Shown here: in pieces, positions 1 through 12,655 of the stretch | How positions within the stretch are numbered: the stretch's first letter is position 1 | How the letters are laid out: each line of letters opens with the position of its first letter | DNA from: Camelus dromedarius | Taxonomy: Eukaryota | Length of the DNA: 64,000 nucleotides | Direction: 5' to 3' | NCBI RefSeq assembly: GCF_036321535.1 | Contig: NC_087436.1 | Span: 117,678,001-117,742,000, forward strand | The notes under the pieces: model-generated | Told to the model about the DNA's origin: nothing | The model's input: only the letters and a program-made list of their open reading frames with translations | Database searches by the model: none | Translations under genes and position numbers: made by a program

Positions 1-135
1 TGAGGTAAGTCATCTTATCATTCTCCTGTTATAGAAAAGAAAAGCCAAGGCACGGAATGGTTAAGACACTTGGTCACACAACTAGTAAGTAAGAGAGCAG
101 GACTGGAACCCAAGCAGCCCAGCTCCACAGTCTGA
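1..135 (-). mobile_element. MIR SINE fragment
   Basis: Degenerate antisense MIR core (ggttaag..ggtcacacaactagtaagt..ggaacccaagcag). Confidence 0.6.
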
Positions 136-1360
136 AATGTCCCCCACGGAGACAGCACTCATGCTGGAAGTGCCTGTGGGCCAGACAAGCAGAAGTGCTC
201 TGGCTTTGAGACCAGAGGTGGACTCAGACAGATTTAGGGGCCATCTCCCCACCCCCTGAGGCTCCTGCACTGGCCAGATCTCCCCACTGGGCCACCTTTC
301 CAGCTCTGCCTCGCTGGCTGTTCTGACATCCTTTCCTTTTCTCCATTTCACTCACTGTCACCCACGCATCCTCCTGTTAAGACATTCAATCCCACCCCAG
401 GCATCTCCAGGCTTAGTTTATACTTCCTGCCCCTGGCATTACTCCAAGTACCAAGCATTCTGCCTTGCCATTGTTCATCAGGCTTCAGGCTCCCTTTCCC
501 ATCAGCGTCCCCCAAAGCTCGCGTTTATACATAGCATCCCTAAGAGGAATTCAGTTTAGAGTTAAAAAACAGATGTAGTTTCAGCAGCCATCTCCTTGGG
601 AAGGAGCGTTTTCACTAGTCGGTTGCTTTCCTCCATCCTGCTCTGCCTCATCTTTGCTCCAGCTCCTGGAGCAGGAAAATGTGAGGGCCCCCCATTCGAA
701 GAATATAATTTACATAAATAGTTTCCAGTTTTATTAAGTGAGCAGACAGCAAAAGGAAACCCACAATTAAGGAGTTTTTGCACGCATTCAGTATCTTTCC
801 ACTGGCTGAAGTATCATCTTCCCAAATTAATGAGGTCTGGGTAGAAACTGTAGTTTCTGCTCCACTTTCAATACTTTGGGGGTTTTACCATCCTGACTGG
901 GGCAGGCAGCTGGGGTGAAACTGGCAGGGAAGAGTTAGAGGCCAATCTGTTTTGTTAGGTTGTGTTGCCAGACTGAAATTGTCAGGCTGATACTGTCGGG
1001 ACAGATAAGAGAAGGAGACTGTGTATGCAACTAATTGTCCACCCACTGATTTCAAAGTCCATCATCCCTCTGACATTTAGCTAATGATCGGTCCATCCAC
1101 CCATTTAATACCTATATCCTACCTTGCTTGCAAAAGCTTTTTGAGACCTGGACCCAAGAACAACTAGGGGAAGCACCAGTTGGGCAGGTAGCAGGTAATG
1201 CGCAAGACAAGCTTTATTTGGACTAAAGGCCACTGTCCCCTGAGTAGCTGTGACAAGAGAGAGCACTGGCTTTCGAGTCAGACACTGCAGGTTTTGAATC
1301 CTGACTTATTAACTACCACCATTGATTAGTTCCCTCATCTCTGTTTGTTTTTTTAAACAT

Positions 1361-1511
1361 TTTTTGTTGTTGCTGCCTTTTTTTGTTTTCTTTTTTTTTC
1401 TGGGAGGGGTATTAAGTTTATTTATTTATCTTAATGGAGGTACTGGAGATTGAACCCAGGACCTCGTGCATGCTAAGCATGTGCTCTATCACTGAACTAT
1501 ACGTTCCCCCT
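1361..1511 (-). mobile_element. tRNA-derived SINE, camelid vic-1-like
   Basis: Reverse complement gives the A-box/B-box head (tagttcagtgatagag...ggttcaatctcc), then a TAAATAAAC tail and A-rich end. Imperfect TSD tttgttttt(t)aacat at about 1344-1360 and 1517-1530. Sits inside a MIR fragment starting near 1255. Confidence 0.9.
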
Positions 1512-1639
1512 ACTTCTTTGTTTTTAACATCAGAATCACACTTAGCCATTGGGGTGTTGGTGGATGACCTAGTACTGTTAATAACGGGCTCCTTATGTGA
1601 TATCTGTCACCAAGGCTGACAGCAACTATTTTATCCATT

Positions 1640-1735
1640 CTCTATTTTTACTGAGCACCTACGATGTGTCAGGCACTGCAGTAGCTGCAGGAACCATGAT
1701 AGTGGATGCATACAGTCCTGCCCTCATTGAAATTT
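1640..1735 (-). mobile_element. L2 3' fragment
   Basis: actgagcacctacgatgtgtcaggcactg...gtcctgccctcat matches the antisense L2 3' end. Confidence 0.55.
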
Positions 1736-2166
1736 CTCCAAGTACTTATGAGTGTTTTGCTCATTAAAACCCCTTTAACACAATACAAGATCAATATACA
1801 ATTTTTCTAAACCTTGAAGACCAAAGCGAGTAGAAGAAAGTGTATCAAGACCCAGAATCTCCCAGACACATGACTGCATTACAATAAAGTAACAAAAGAG
1901 GTCTTGCTGTTTGTTGCTGGTTTATAGAACAGCAGAAGTGAATACGACCTGATGTTTCAGCTTCAGGCATAACATCCCAGACATTTCTCAAACCCACAGA
2001 GGGAAGTTTTCACTTCTCCAGCATGACCTCCCAGCCCACCCCGCTCCCGTCTGCCTTCCTTTGTTCTCCAGTGGAATGATATACACAAACTCTGTCTGAG
2101 AGGATTGTATGAAATACATGCCAGTGTAGACAACACATTCCTTACAAAGTCTAAAAGGCGCAGGAC

Positions 2167-2335
2167 TCATTCATTCATTTAACAAATGTTTATTAACAGT
2201 TACTGTTCAGCCAATACTATGGAAGTGTTAGGGGCAAGATGGTACAAAACAAATGCAGCCAGGGCTCCGGGAAGAGAGGTTGTTACACGTGCACTAGACA
2301 GAGCAGTAACCACGCAGCACAGTGAATGCCCTTTG
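2167..2335 (-). mobile_element. L2 3' fragment
   Basis: tcattcattcatttaacaaatgtttatt, the antisense L2 terminal (TGAA)n tail. Confidence 0.55.
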
Positions 2336-3044
2336 TGAAGTCAGAGGCCGGCGGGGGCGGGGGTCTCCCCCTTGGGCGTGGGCAGAGGGGAGCACAGCCT
2401 TAGGGAGCTGACAGCCCTGGCACGGGTCGCTCTTCTGTTCTTCATCCCTCACTTTCCCCTCTGTCCTTCTTCCTTCCCTTCTCTTTGGAAATCACCGATG
2501 AAAGAGAAATAAATGTCTGAGAGGTAAGGATGGTGAGGGCTTTAATAGCTAGACTCTGGGAAGAATATTCTCAGGAGGTAGATCTTAGCATCTATTCCCA
2601 AGCTCTCCTTGCACGCTTGGATCTCTCCTGGAAAACTCCAGCAAGGGACTATTTTGTACAGAAGTACTCCCATGGATGGGGAACTCTCCTTTATGGGAAA
2701 TCTCTTTCTGTTTTGGGACACTCCAGTGGGCTCATTTAGCAAATATTTACCGAGCCCCGAATGTGTTCCTGGGTCTGCACCAGGCACTGGGAGTAGCCAG
2801 AAGATTCGGACACAACCCCCCTTCTCCAGCTGCTCCCAGCCTTCCTGCTTCTTTGAGGCCACCTCTTCTGCACTGCTTTCTCCCTGTTCCCTTTCCTGTC
2901 ACATGGTTTTCCCTTTTGTCACCATTTGCCCACGTTTCTTCCTGAATTGAGCCCTTAAATTCAGGTCTGCTCTGACTCTCACACCACTGGGGTCTCCCAT
3001 TCTGAAAACCTTGCTGGTATTCCAGCGGCTCCAAAGCTTATTAA

Positions 3045-3711
3045 TGTTTTGGCAGCCAGGTCCTGATCCTGATTCACAGGAGCCGGTGGCCACCAGTCCC
3101 CCTGAGGCGGGAAGCCCCATAAAAAGACCGGCAGGGCCCCGAAGCAGGGCCACTAATCTCCTGCCAGCACCATCTGGTTCCCTGGCCCAGAGGCGCTATC
3201 TCACTTTTTGCCTCTGAAACGGCTTACTTACCCCTAAAATTCTATTGGTTCCCTGAGCTCACTTCTGATTGGTTATTTCCTTCACTCCTGATTGGTTATT
3301 ACTCTCACTTCTGATTGGTCCACTTCCCTAACTTCTGATTGGTCCATTTGTAGTACTTCATTTGCATGGAGCTCACTCCTGATTGGTTATTTCTCTCACT
3401 CCTGATTGGCCCATTCCCCTCACTCCTGACTGGTTATTTCTCTCACTCCTGATTGGTCTATTTCTACAAAGCTTGTTCCTAGTTGGTCAACTTCTGTTAT
3501 ACTTTATTTGCATATGATGTCACAAAGTGTAAAACTGGCAGCCTATAAAGGCCTGTGTAAATCTATAGACGGTGTGTAGAGCTTGGAGTATTAACTCCCC
3601 TGGGCCTGGTGGGGTAATAAACCTGAGTTCTCCAACTATCAGAGTGCTGCTTGATCTCTTGCCCAGACCCAGGTTGCTGTCACAACTGAGCTGGAACACC
3701 AAACTGTAACA
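3045..3711 (+). mobile_element. Solo ERV LTR with internal CCAAT tandem array
   Basis: TG...CA ends (tgttttggc...tgtaaca), U3 tandem array, TATAAA at 3544, AATAAA at 3616. No clear TSD and the 5' end is uncertain. Confidence 0.75.
3240..3490. repeat. About 23-bp tandem repeat, consensus CTCACTCCTGATTGGTTATTTCT
   Basis: ATTGG at 3244, 3268, 3291, 3314, 3338, 3382, 3405 and 3452, with degenerate copies at 3429 and 3482. Confidence 0.9.
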
Positions 3712-3956
3712 CAGTTTTCCACAACACCTTCATCCCCTCCCACTCCCCCCTACCCACCTCCATCCACATCTTTGTCACATTTGCTGCTGTTAAGCCTCCC
3801 CTCTCCCACCCCCTTTGTGTGGGGCAAATGTTCAGCATCCAACACCTGCTCTTGTTAAACTTCATTTTATTACATTAGTACCCTTGTTTTAATTTCTCTA
3901 AATTTCAAATCTTGTTACTGTTACCCAAGAAGACCTCAGAAGTTCTGCATCTTCTG

Positions 3957-3959
<3 letters not shown>

Positions 3960-3989
<30 letters not shown>
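3960..3989. repeat. (GT)15 microsatellite
   Basis: Read directly from the sequence. Confidence 0.97.
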
Positions 3990-3991
<2 letters not shown>

Positions 3992-4739
3992 ACACCTGGG
4001 TGCAGCTCTGAGGAGCCCACCCGTACATTTCTGAATATTCATCTATGAATACAGCTCATTCATACATAAACCTATTCATTCTACAACACTTATTCAACAT
4101 CCCCTAATAAAATGTCTGTTCTTTGAGAACTTTTTGCCTAGGTATTACAAAGAAAATGGAAGCAGAGTAATCCATACTAAGGAGTGAATGGTTGATAGTA
4201 TTCACCCTCTTCTTAACTACCACGTGGTGTTTGCTGTTACCCGAAATGAAAACCTTATTGGTGAAATAGCAGATGGTAATATTAGGAGCAAGTGGAGGTT
4301 TGCTTTAAATTGTAAAAACCAGCTAACTGTGACAGGGCGCTTCCATTGTACCACCCAGCCCTCTCCACTGTTGGAGCTTCTAGAGAAGGAGGCTGGCTAC
4401 CCCAGGATCCAGAAAGAGTCAGAGAATCCTCAGTGTGCCTTCTGCTCATCTTCATTATCCACCAGTGAACTTTATTGAGCTCAGAAATACTGTGGTGACC
4501 CCAGAACCCTAAGATCTGATCTTTTTCCAGCTCCAACTCACAAATTTCTCCTTGGTTAGTGGATGTAGGAAGGCAGCCTTTAGCTCAGATCTCTGTTTCT
4601 CAAAGCAATTTCTTGCCCAGACCACACCTGGATAGAGTAAAACTCCAAGTTACTGTGTTGGGGTGAATGCAGATGGACTGGGGTCTGCTTCTCAGGAGTC
4701 TGGGTAGACTTAGCAGATCCAGCTCTGGAAATAAAAAAT

Positions 4740-4853
4740 TCTTACATGGTAATAATACCACTTTCTCATAGGATTAGTATAAAGATTAAATGGCATAATG
4801 GCTATGAAAGGCTTAGCACAATGCCAGGCTGGTAGTGAGTGTTTGTAGCTATT
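4740..4853 (+). mobile_element. MIR 3' half
   Basis: aataataccactttctcataggatt...gattaaatg...cttagcacaatgcc...tagctatt. Confidence 0.6.
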
Positions 4854-5290
4854 GTGTTAGTTTGAAAAACTAATACAGAACACAGTTCCAAACACAAAGG
4901 CCTCCTAATGGCAGTTTAAACAGAGAGGGGGTTATTTTCCTCACCTAGTAAGTTATCTAGAGGTAGTTAGTCACAGGCATTGGTTCATCAGCTCAAAGAT
5001 GATGGGGCAATGTCTCTGAAATTTTGGGCCATTTCCTCATGGATGCAAGGGAGCTGCTGTAACTCCAGCAATCACATCCTTCTTCAAGCTGGGGGAAAGG
5101 GGAAAGACTGGACTAACCACACCTGATCTCTTTTGTCAGGGAAGGAAAAGCTTTCCCAGAAACCCATGAGAAGATTTCTGTCTAGGTTTCAAGGGTCAGA
5201 ACTGGATCACCTGGCTACTCTCTAGCCGCAAAAGCTAGGGCACAGGATGATCATGATTGGCATAGCAGCAATGAGCTATTGCCAGAAAGA
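4854..5290 (-). mobile_element. Old MaLR LTR (MLT1K/L-like)
   Basis: cctcatggatgcaagggagctgctgtaactccagcaatcacatcc and ctttcccagaa...ggtcagaactggatcacctggctact motifs. Confidence 0.55.
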
Positions 5291-5371
5291 AGTTCCCTCC
5301 TCACTGCCGAAGTAGCATCCAGAGGTATGTGCTGTTATTTTGAGGGATTGCTCTGTAATTTTAAAATTTCA

Positions 5372-6510
5372 GCTCAATTAATACTTCATTTAATGAACAT
5401 TCCAGTGCCAAGCATGGAAGACACAGTGGTACATTGGACATGGTCATTGGGCTCTGGTAACTCTCAACTGAGGGGTAGACACTGGTCGGGGACAGAGGAG
5501 ATAATAGATCAAATAAAAAGGAATGAAATAAAACTCTTGTTCATTGCTGGTGGGAATGCAAAATGATACAGCCGTTTAGGAAGATAGTTTCTTTTCAAAC
5601 TAAATATACTCTTACCAAGCAATCCAGCAACCATGCTCCTTGTTATTTGTCCCAAGAAATTGAAAACTTATGTCCACACAAAACCCCGCACATGGATATG
5701 TATAGCGGCTTTATTCATAACTGCTAACACTTGGAAGCAACCAAGATGTCTTTTAGCAGGTGAGTGGATAAACCGTAGTCCATCCAGACAATGGAATATC
5801 ATTCAGCACTGAAAAGAGAGGAGCTATCAGAAGCCATGAAAAGATATGGAGGAATCTTAAATGCATATGGCTAAGTGCAAGAAGCCAATCTGAAGAGGCC
5901 ACATACAGGATGATTCTAACTCTATGACATTCTGGAAAAGGCCTAACTATGGCAGCAATTAAACGATCAGTGGTTGGGGACCGGGGTTGGGGAGAGGGAG
6001 GGAGGAACAGGCAGAGCACAGAGCATTTTTAGGGCAGTGAAACTACTCTGTATGATGCTGTAATGATGGATCCGTGTCATTTGTACATTTGTTGAAACCT
6101 GTGGAATACACAACCCCAGGAGTGAACTTTAATGCAAACTGTGGTCTTCGGTTTTAATAATAATGTATCTGTATTGACTAACCAGTTATAACAAATGAAG
6201 CACACTAATGCAAGATGTTAGTCATAGGGGAAAATCGGGGGCAGGGATGATGGAGAAGGTATGTGGGAACTCTCTGTACTTTCTGCTCAATTTCTCTGTA
6301 AACCTAAAACTGCCTCCCCTCAAAAAAGTCTATTTAGGGAGAAAAAGATAATAAAATGCTATAAGGGAGGTATGAACAAAGTATTGGGCTAGTATAGAGA
6401 AAGCAGCAATTAACTTTCCCTGGGCACGCTGGAAACCCTTTCCAGAGGAGGTGTGAGCTGGATCTTGAAGGGTAAGCAGAAATTCACCAGGTAGAGCGAG
6501 AAGCAAGGCA
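5372..6510 (-). mobile_element. L2 fragment split by an L1 insertion (L2 parts about 5372-5520 and 6345-6510)
   Basis: L2-like antisense sequence resumes after the L1 (ttccagaggaggtgtgagctggatcttgaagggtaag). Confidence 0.5.
5530..6336 (+). mobile_element. Old L1 ORF2 end and 3' UTR (L1MC-like)
   Basis: tcattgctggtgggaatgcaaaatg..., aaaacttatgtccacacaaaacc, ...gggaactctctgtactttctgctcaattt...taaacctaaaactg. Confidence 0.85.
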
Positions 6511-7314
6511 GCCACGTGCACCACCCGTGCACAGATGTCCTTTCATTGTCTGTGTCCACTGATGTACAGCCCAGTTATCTAGAGTTCTGCCTCCTATAGA
6601 GAAAGTGCTCAACAAATATTTGTTGACTGAGCAAGTGGTAACTTGGTAGGAGCTGGCAAAATGGAACTCTATTTCCTAGCGAGGCACAAAGATTATCAAG
6701 AGTGTGGTAGATACTTATCTAACCCTAACTCCCCATCTTATCCATCCTCAATGGCTAGAAGGATATCAAATGTTTCCAATTGCTCTGCATCTTCTTAATG
6801 TTGATGTTAATACTCTGAAGAAGGGATTGGACTGTGAGGAACAGAATTTGCTTACAGTATGCATTTACAAATAGCAAAATCAAATCTGGAAAAGTCACAT
6901 TTCAAGACTCTTTTGTGTTTCTCAACATGGAGGCAGCGGTCTGTGGACTGGAGCATACCCAAGTGGAGATGGCCTTTTGTTTAAATAAGATACTCTTCTC
7001 CATTTCAAAGGCATTGGAAGCAAAGTCAGAGCGTGCGCAGGAGAGAGAAGCACCACCCCTGTGGGGCATGGCCCAGTCCCTGGAGTGGGGGGGGGGGTAT
7101 CCCAGATACAAAACATGAAAGGGACCGGCACCAAGAGCAGGTGGGAGACGCTTTGGAATCCAGCCGCTGTCACCAGGAGTTCCCGTCTCCAGCCTTCAGG
7201 CCGAGGCTGTGTTCTTTCTTCCTGATCGTTCACCTCTTGGCCTCTCTAGTGCCAAGACTTGAGCGAACAACTTCATAACTTGGTCAGTGTTACATTCTTT
7301 TCTTTTTTAATCTT

Positions 7315-7680
7315 CCTGCTTATCGAGTACTAACTGTGACCACACACCACGCTAGGGACTTCACAGAGCCCTCCACGCTGACCGACCACGTGGTGCCAGG
7401 ACTCGTCTAGGCCCTGGGGGCAGAAGGATAGACAAAACAGAGTCCCGGCCCACAGGGACTTTCATGCCACTTAGGAAACGAGCAATAGACAGGGGAGCCC
7501 ATATTAAAATGTCAAGTAGTGAAAAGTACTGTGAAGAAAGACAAGCAGGTAAAGGGACACAGGTGATGGACCCGGATGAGGAGCTGTTTTCAAAGGCTTC
7601 TCTGAGGGGGCACAGGTGAGCAGAGACCCTGGCTCTAGTGAGGAGTGTGCCGTGTGGAAATCCGGAGAACTACACTCCAA
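7315..7680 (-). mobile_element. L2 fragment
   Basis: aaggcttctctgaggggg...gagcagagaccct, L2-like antisense. Confidence 0.5.
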
Positions 7681-7709
7681 GCATATATATGTATACATAT
7701 ATATAGACA

Positions 7710-8716
7710 CACAAAAAATATTCTCAAATTTACAGAAAAGCTGAAAGTATAGTACAAAGAACTTTTTTTCCTGAACCATCTGAGAGTAAGTCAGCATGGT
7801 GCCCATCACCCCGAGTCCTTCAGTGTGTATTTCCAGCAAACAGAACCACCACCAGAATCATGAAGTTCAGATCACGCATTTCGGCATTTGGTCCTCAGAC
7901 TGCACTCAAGTTTCACCTTTTGTTCCAATAATGTCCTTTATAGCAAAAGGGTCCAGTTTAAGAGTCACACATTGCCTTTAAGTGTCGAGCCCCTTTTGTC
8001 TCCTTCAGCCTGGGGTGGTTCTTCAGTCTTCCTTTGATGTTCATGACCTTGACCATTTTGAAGATTAGAGGCCAGATGTTTTATACACTGGCCCTCGGTC
8101 TGAGTTTGTCTGATATTTCATCCTAATCAAATTCAGGGTACGTGTCTTTGGTCGAAATATCACAGAAATGATGCTGCGTTCTTCTCAGTGCTTCTCAGGT
8201 AGCACAAGAATTCAGTGTGTCCCGTTACTGATGGTGCCAACTTGGACAGCCTGGGTAAGGCGCGGTCCTCCAGGGCTCCCCACTGTAAGGTTACTATTTT
8301 CACTGTTTTTCTCACTGTATTGATAAATATTTAGATGTAAATAACCTGTTCTTTATGAAACATTTGCTTCATTCAGCTATCCAGAGCCCTGTAGACTCGT
8401 GGTTTCCTATTTGGCTGTGTGGGCTGAGACTCACTACCGTCAAGATTTGTTTACACCCATATTGCTCCAGGTAAGGCTTCTGTGTTCTCCTCATCTGGCC
8501 CCATCGTTCTGCGAGCACTTTATTTCAGGATAACGATATGTTCTAGGCTTATCCCTGCTGGGTCTTGGAATCACCTATTTCTCCAAGGGTCGCTGCTTCC
8601 CTTTTAGTTGAAAATGGTATTTAAAAGCCAAAATCTGGGTGCCAAGTGTACTCACTGCTTTTGGAATATCATTGCTCTCAGGTTCTCTAGTAAACATGAC
8701 TAAGGAACATACATAC

Positions 8717-8781
<65 letters not shown>

Positions 8782-8990
8782 TATACATACACGTGCATAT
8801 ATAGGTGCAAATGCACATATAAGCACACATATTTTACTGTACATTTATTTCTACATTTATGTAGCTATTAAAAACCACAAGTTCACATCAATACCTCCAA
8901 TAGTATCCACCCCATAGACATCTTCCCAGATTCCGGTCTTTCCATATTTGTAACTGGCTTCTCCAACAGTGAGAAATGTTTCTTCCTTTA
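7710..8990 (-). mobile_element. Old L1 3' UTR (L1ME/MC-like)
   Basis: tcaaatttacagaaaagctgaaagtatagtacaaagaac, then ttcatgaccttgaccattttgaaga and aaatggtatttaaaagccaaaatctggg. Confidence 0.7.
8718..8782. repeat. Compound (TA)n(CA)n microsatellite
   Basis: Read directly from the sequence. Confidence 0.97.
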
Positions 8991-9299
8991 CCGCTGATGT
9001 GTTTGCTTATCTGATCTATCCTCTTGTGTGTAAATAATCCTCCTTCTCCAAGGCCACGCCTTCCCTTACAAGGATGCCTTTCTTACTCCAAGGAGGCCTG
9101 GCGCCTGGTTCTAGGGTTTGTCCCTGCATGGACGCCCTCACCCTGCTTGGGCTCCAACATGTCTATGGGTCCCCCTTCCGCACCCTGGATCCCACGCTCA
9201 GCCAGAGCTCCAGCACTCACACTGGCAGCCCTCCTACGTGGCACCCTCCTTGGGTTCCCCTACCTCACACTGGGCCACCCTTACTGGATTCTAAGGAAT

Positions 9300-9710
9300 G
9301 TGTGGCCGCCTTCAGAATGCGCCTCCCAGATCTTCAACCACAGGAGCATAATTGACAAAGGTCCATCAGCTGGGCTCTAAAGTCCATCACCCTTTCTGTG
9401 CCCAGACCACCCTGCTCCACACTAGTGGCTGAGCACGGCCCGGGTACTGAGGCAGGCCATTTCCTGGGAGACACAGGACTGCTCTGAGGGCCAACCTGGG
9501 CTCCAGGGCTCTTGGAGGGGCTGGCTGAACCTGCCATGGTCAGTGCTGGGATACAGAATGTTATCCACCTTCTCTCCCTGCTTCCTCATCCAGGGTCAGA
9601 CTTGCCTTGCAGTCCGATGGCTCTCTGAGCCTCCCCTTTTTTTCCTCTCACGGTTATTTCCCCAAATAAAACCTTTGCACGTTTAACACCGTAGCACCCA
9701 GACCAACACA
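9300..9710 (+). mobile_element. ERVL LTR (LTR16-like)
   Basis: aggccatttcctgggagacacaggact...gggtcagacttgccttgcagtccgatggctctc...cccaaataaaacctttgcacgtttaa...accaacaca. Confidence 0.6.
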
Positions 9711-9719
9711 AATGTCATC

Positions 9720-10915
9720 TTAATGTCACCCCTCACCTGCCTCTTACCCCAGGAGAGTCGTACTGTTTCCCCATCCTGTAAGCCAGCTCCCCACTTCACT
9801 CACACAGTGCCAGCAGCCCCCCTGCTGCCCTGTGACCACGTCGGGCAAGCTCTGAGTCTTTGCACGGGCTCTCCTTGGGTTTCTCTGACCCCTGGAACCC
9901 ACACGGATCCTTCACGTGCTAAGAGATCTTTGCTCAAATCAGACCTGCCCTGACCACGGTATTTATCACTGCATACTCACCTCCACCCACGCCCCGACTC
10001 CCTGGTTCCGCTCCTACTCTTTTTTCTCTATAGCGTATATTGCTTTCTTAAGACAAATTCTGGTAAAATATATGTAACATAAAATTGATTATTTTAACTA
10101 TTTTTAAGCATCCAATTTGGTGGCATTAGGTACATTCACAGTGTTGTGCAATCATTGCCACCATCCATCTCTTCGTTTTGCAAAACAGAAATTCTGCCCC
10201 ACTGAACAGCCACTCTCCGCCCCCCTTCCCTCCCACCAGCCCCTGGCCGCCGCCCTTCTACTTTCTGTTTCTGGGAATTTCACTACGTCATGTAAGTGTA
10301 GTCATCCAGTATTTGTCCTCTTGTGACTGGCTTCTTTCCCGTAGCATAATGTTTTCAAGACTCATCCATGTTGTGAGTGTGTCCGTAAGTCCTTCCTTTT
10401 TAAACCTGAATAATGTTCCACCACATGTATACCCATTCATCTGTTGATAGACACTTAGGTTGCTTCCATCTTTTTGCTATTGTGAATAATGCCACAAACA
10501 GAGTATGTAGATGTCTGTTTGATATTTGTATTCTTTTAGGTGTATATCCAGAAATGGAATTGCTATTTACTCCTATGTTTCATTTTTTGAGGAACCACCA
10601 TACTGTCTTCCACAGTGGTTGCACCATTTTATATTCCTACCACCAGTGCACCAGGGTTCCAATTACCCCACATCCCTGCTAACACCTGTTATTTCATTTG
10701 TTTCTGTCTTTTTGAGGTAGCCACCCTGAAGGTACTGCTTTTTAACATACTCTATATTTCACTTATTTATGATGTTTATTTTCTTCGTCCCCTTGAACTC
10801 AGGCTGGTATGGGGAGGGGTCTTTGCTTCACGCACTGCTGTATCCTGAGTGCCAAGAGATAAAAGGCCAGCAGGTAGGAGACACTCAGTACCTATTGTTT
10901 GGGGGTACATGAATA
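9720..10915 (+). mobile_element. L2 fragment interrupted by an L1 (L2 parts about 9720-10050 and 10735-10915)
   Basis: tttgcacgggctctccttgg...ttgctcaaat and cactgctgtatcctgagtgcc...gtaggagacactcagtacctattg. Confidence 0.55.
10052..10730 (-). mobile_element. L1 3' end (L1MB-like)
   Basis: gtggcattaggtacattcacagtgttgtgcaatcattgccacc and ttttttgaggaaccaccatactgtcttccacagtggttgcacc. Confidence 0.88.
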
Positions 10916-11349
10916 AGGACACTGAGGCTCAGAAATGGGGTGTCTGGCCAAGGGCATGAAGGCAGTAAAAGTTGGAGCTGGGAGCAGTGCTCGTTCTGTT
11001 GAGGTCTACAGAGTGCTCGGTGTGGGTGCTATGAATACGGCGAGAAATAAGACACTGTCGGTGCCCCTCCCCGCCCCAATTGTTTACTGGGTAAGGCAGA
11101 CAAATGAGAAGAACAAGAGATGTTTTCTGAGCCGTGACGTGGCACATCCATTGTGAGCTACCCCAGCAGACGGACACTCTTGGTGCTCTGCCCTGAGACC
11201 CTGGGCACCTGGACCACCTCCTCCACCCCTCACCCGCCTGACAACTCAGAGGCCTTTTACTGGCTCTGCCCACTCATCCCCCAAGCTTCTGTGTTCTCAG
11301 CTCTTAAAGACTCACACCTGCAGCCTTCTTCAGGGGCCTGCCCTGGGCT

Positions 11350-12655
11350 GCTGGAGCCGCTTCTTCTGCACTGGCAGTGATGGCATACAAGCAGTTCTCC
11401 TACGTGTGTGCCTCTCCCAGCCCTGCCTCCCCCCACCCCTTACTCTCAGTAGCCAAAGACTGACAGGTGGGAGAGTCTACGTTCCTTGCTTTGCCAGCAG
11501 AATAAATTGGGAGGTGTAATTTGTTTATTTATTTAATTGTTTTTCTTTTTTCTGAGCTGGGTTTATTTGTTTATGTATTTTAGATTCCACATATAAGATC
11601 AGGGAGTATTTGTCTCTCTCTGTCTGACTTATTTCACTTAGCATTATTCCCTCAAGCTCCATTCATGCTGTCACAAGTGCCATATTTCATTCTTTTTTAT
11701 GGTTGAATAATATTCCATTGCATGTATATACCACATCTTCTTTATCCACGCATCCATCAGTGGACACTTAGGTTGTTTTCCATGTCTTGGCTATTGTAAA
11801 TTGTGCTGCAGTGAACATGGGGGTGCAGATATCTTTTCGAATTAGCATGTTCATTTTCTTCAGACAAATACCCAGGACTGGCATTGCTGGATTGTATGAT
11901 AGTTCTAGTTTTAATTTTTTGAAGAATCTCCCTACTGCTTTCCACAGTGGCTGCACCAGTTAACATCACCAACAATGCACAAGGGTTCCCTTTTCTCCAC
12001 ATCCTCGCCAACACTTGTTACTGCTTGTCTTTTTGCTAATAGCCATTCTGACAGGTGTGAGATGACATTTCACTGTGGTTTCCATCTGCATGTCCCTAAT
12101 GATTAGTGGTGTGAAGCAGCCTTTCATGAATTTACTGACTTTCTGTATGTCTTTTTTGGAAAAATTCAGATCATCTACTCATTTTTTAAATTAGATTTTT
12201 TTTTTTTTTGCTATTGAGTTGTGTGAGTTCTTTGTATATTTTGGATATTAACCCCCTTATCAGAGATATGATTTGCAGACATTTTCTCCCATTCAGTAGG
12301 TTGCCTTTTCATTTTGTTGATGGCTTCCTTTGCTGTGCAAAAGCATTTTAGTTTGGTGCAGTCCCACTTACTTATGTTTGCTTTTGTTGTTTTTGCTTTT
12401 GGTGTCAGATTTAAAAAATCATTACCAAGACTGATGTCAAGGAGTTTACGGAGGTGTAATTAGCGCTCAGGAGCTCCCTGTGGGGTCAGGCTAAGACTGG
12501 GACTTTGACCTGGCAGCCTTGCTTGCCCTCTGCCCCTGCCCAGTTCAGCTTCCTTTACTCCCCTACAGCTTTTCCCTAGGAGCATTTCCTTAATGAACCC
12601 CTTGCCCGCTAATTCTCACCTCAAGGTGAGCATCTGGGAAAACTGGTCCAGGACT
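11350..12655 (+). mobile_element. ERVL LTR (LTR16-like) split by an L1
   Basis: LTR-like sequence on both sides of the L1, ending ggagcatttccttaatgaaccccttgcccgctaattctcacctcaagg. Confidence 0.55.
11522..12449 (-). mobile_element. 5'-truncated L1 (ORF2 C-terminus) with a short 3' end
   Basis: ORF 11768..11956 reads QPLWK..FKKLKLELSYNPAMPVLGI..DICTPMFTAA. Perfect 12-bp TSD GGAGGTGTAATT at 11510-11521 and 12450-12461. Confidence 0.92.

Noticed and set aside
3240..3490. Regularly spaced repeat resembling a CRISPR array
   Set aside because: The units are head-to-tail with no unique spacers, there are no cas genes, and the context is a mammalian LTR.
8575..8917. ORFs with YI/HT/CV dipeptide runs
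   Set aside because: They are translations of a (TA)n(CA)n microsatellite within an old L1.
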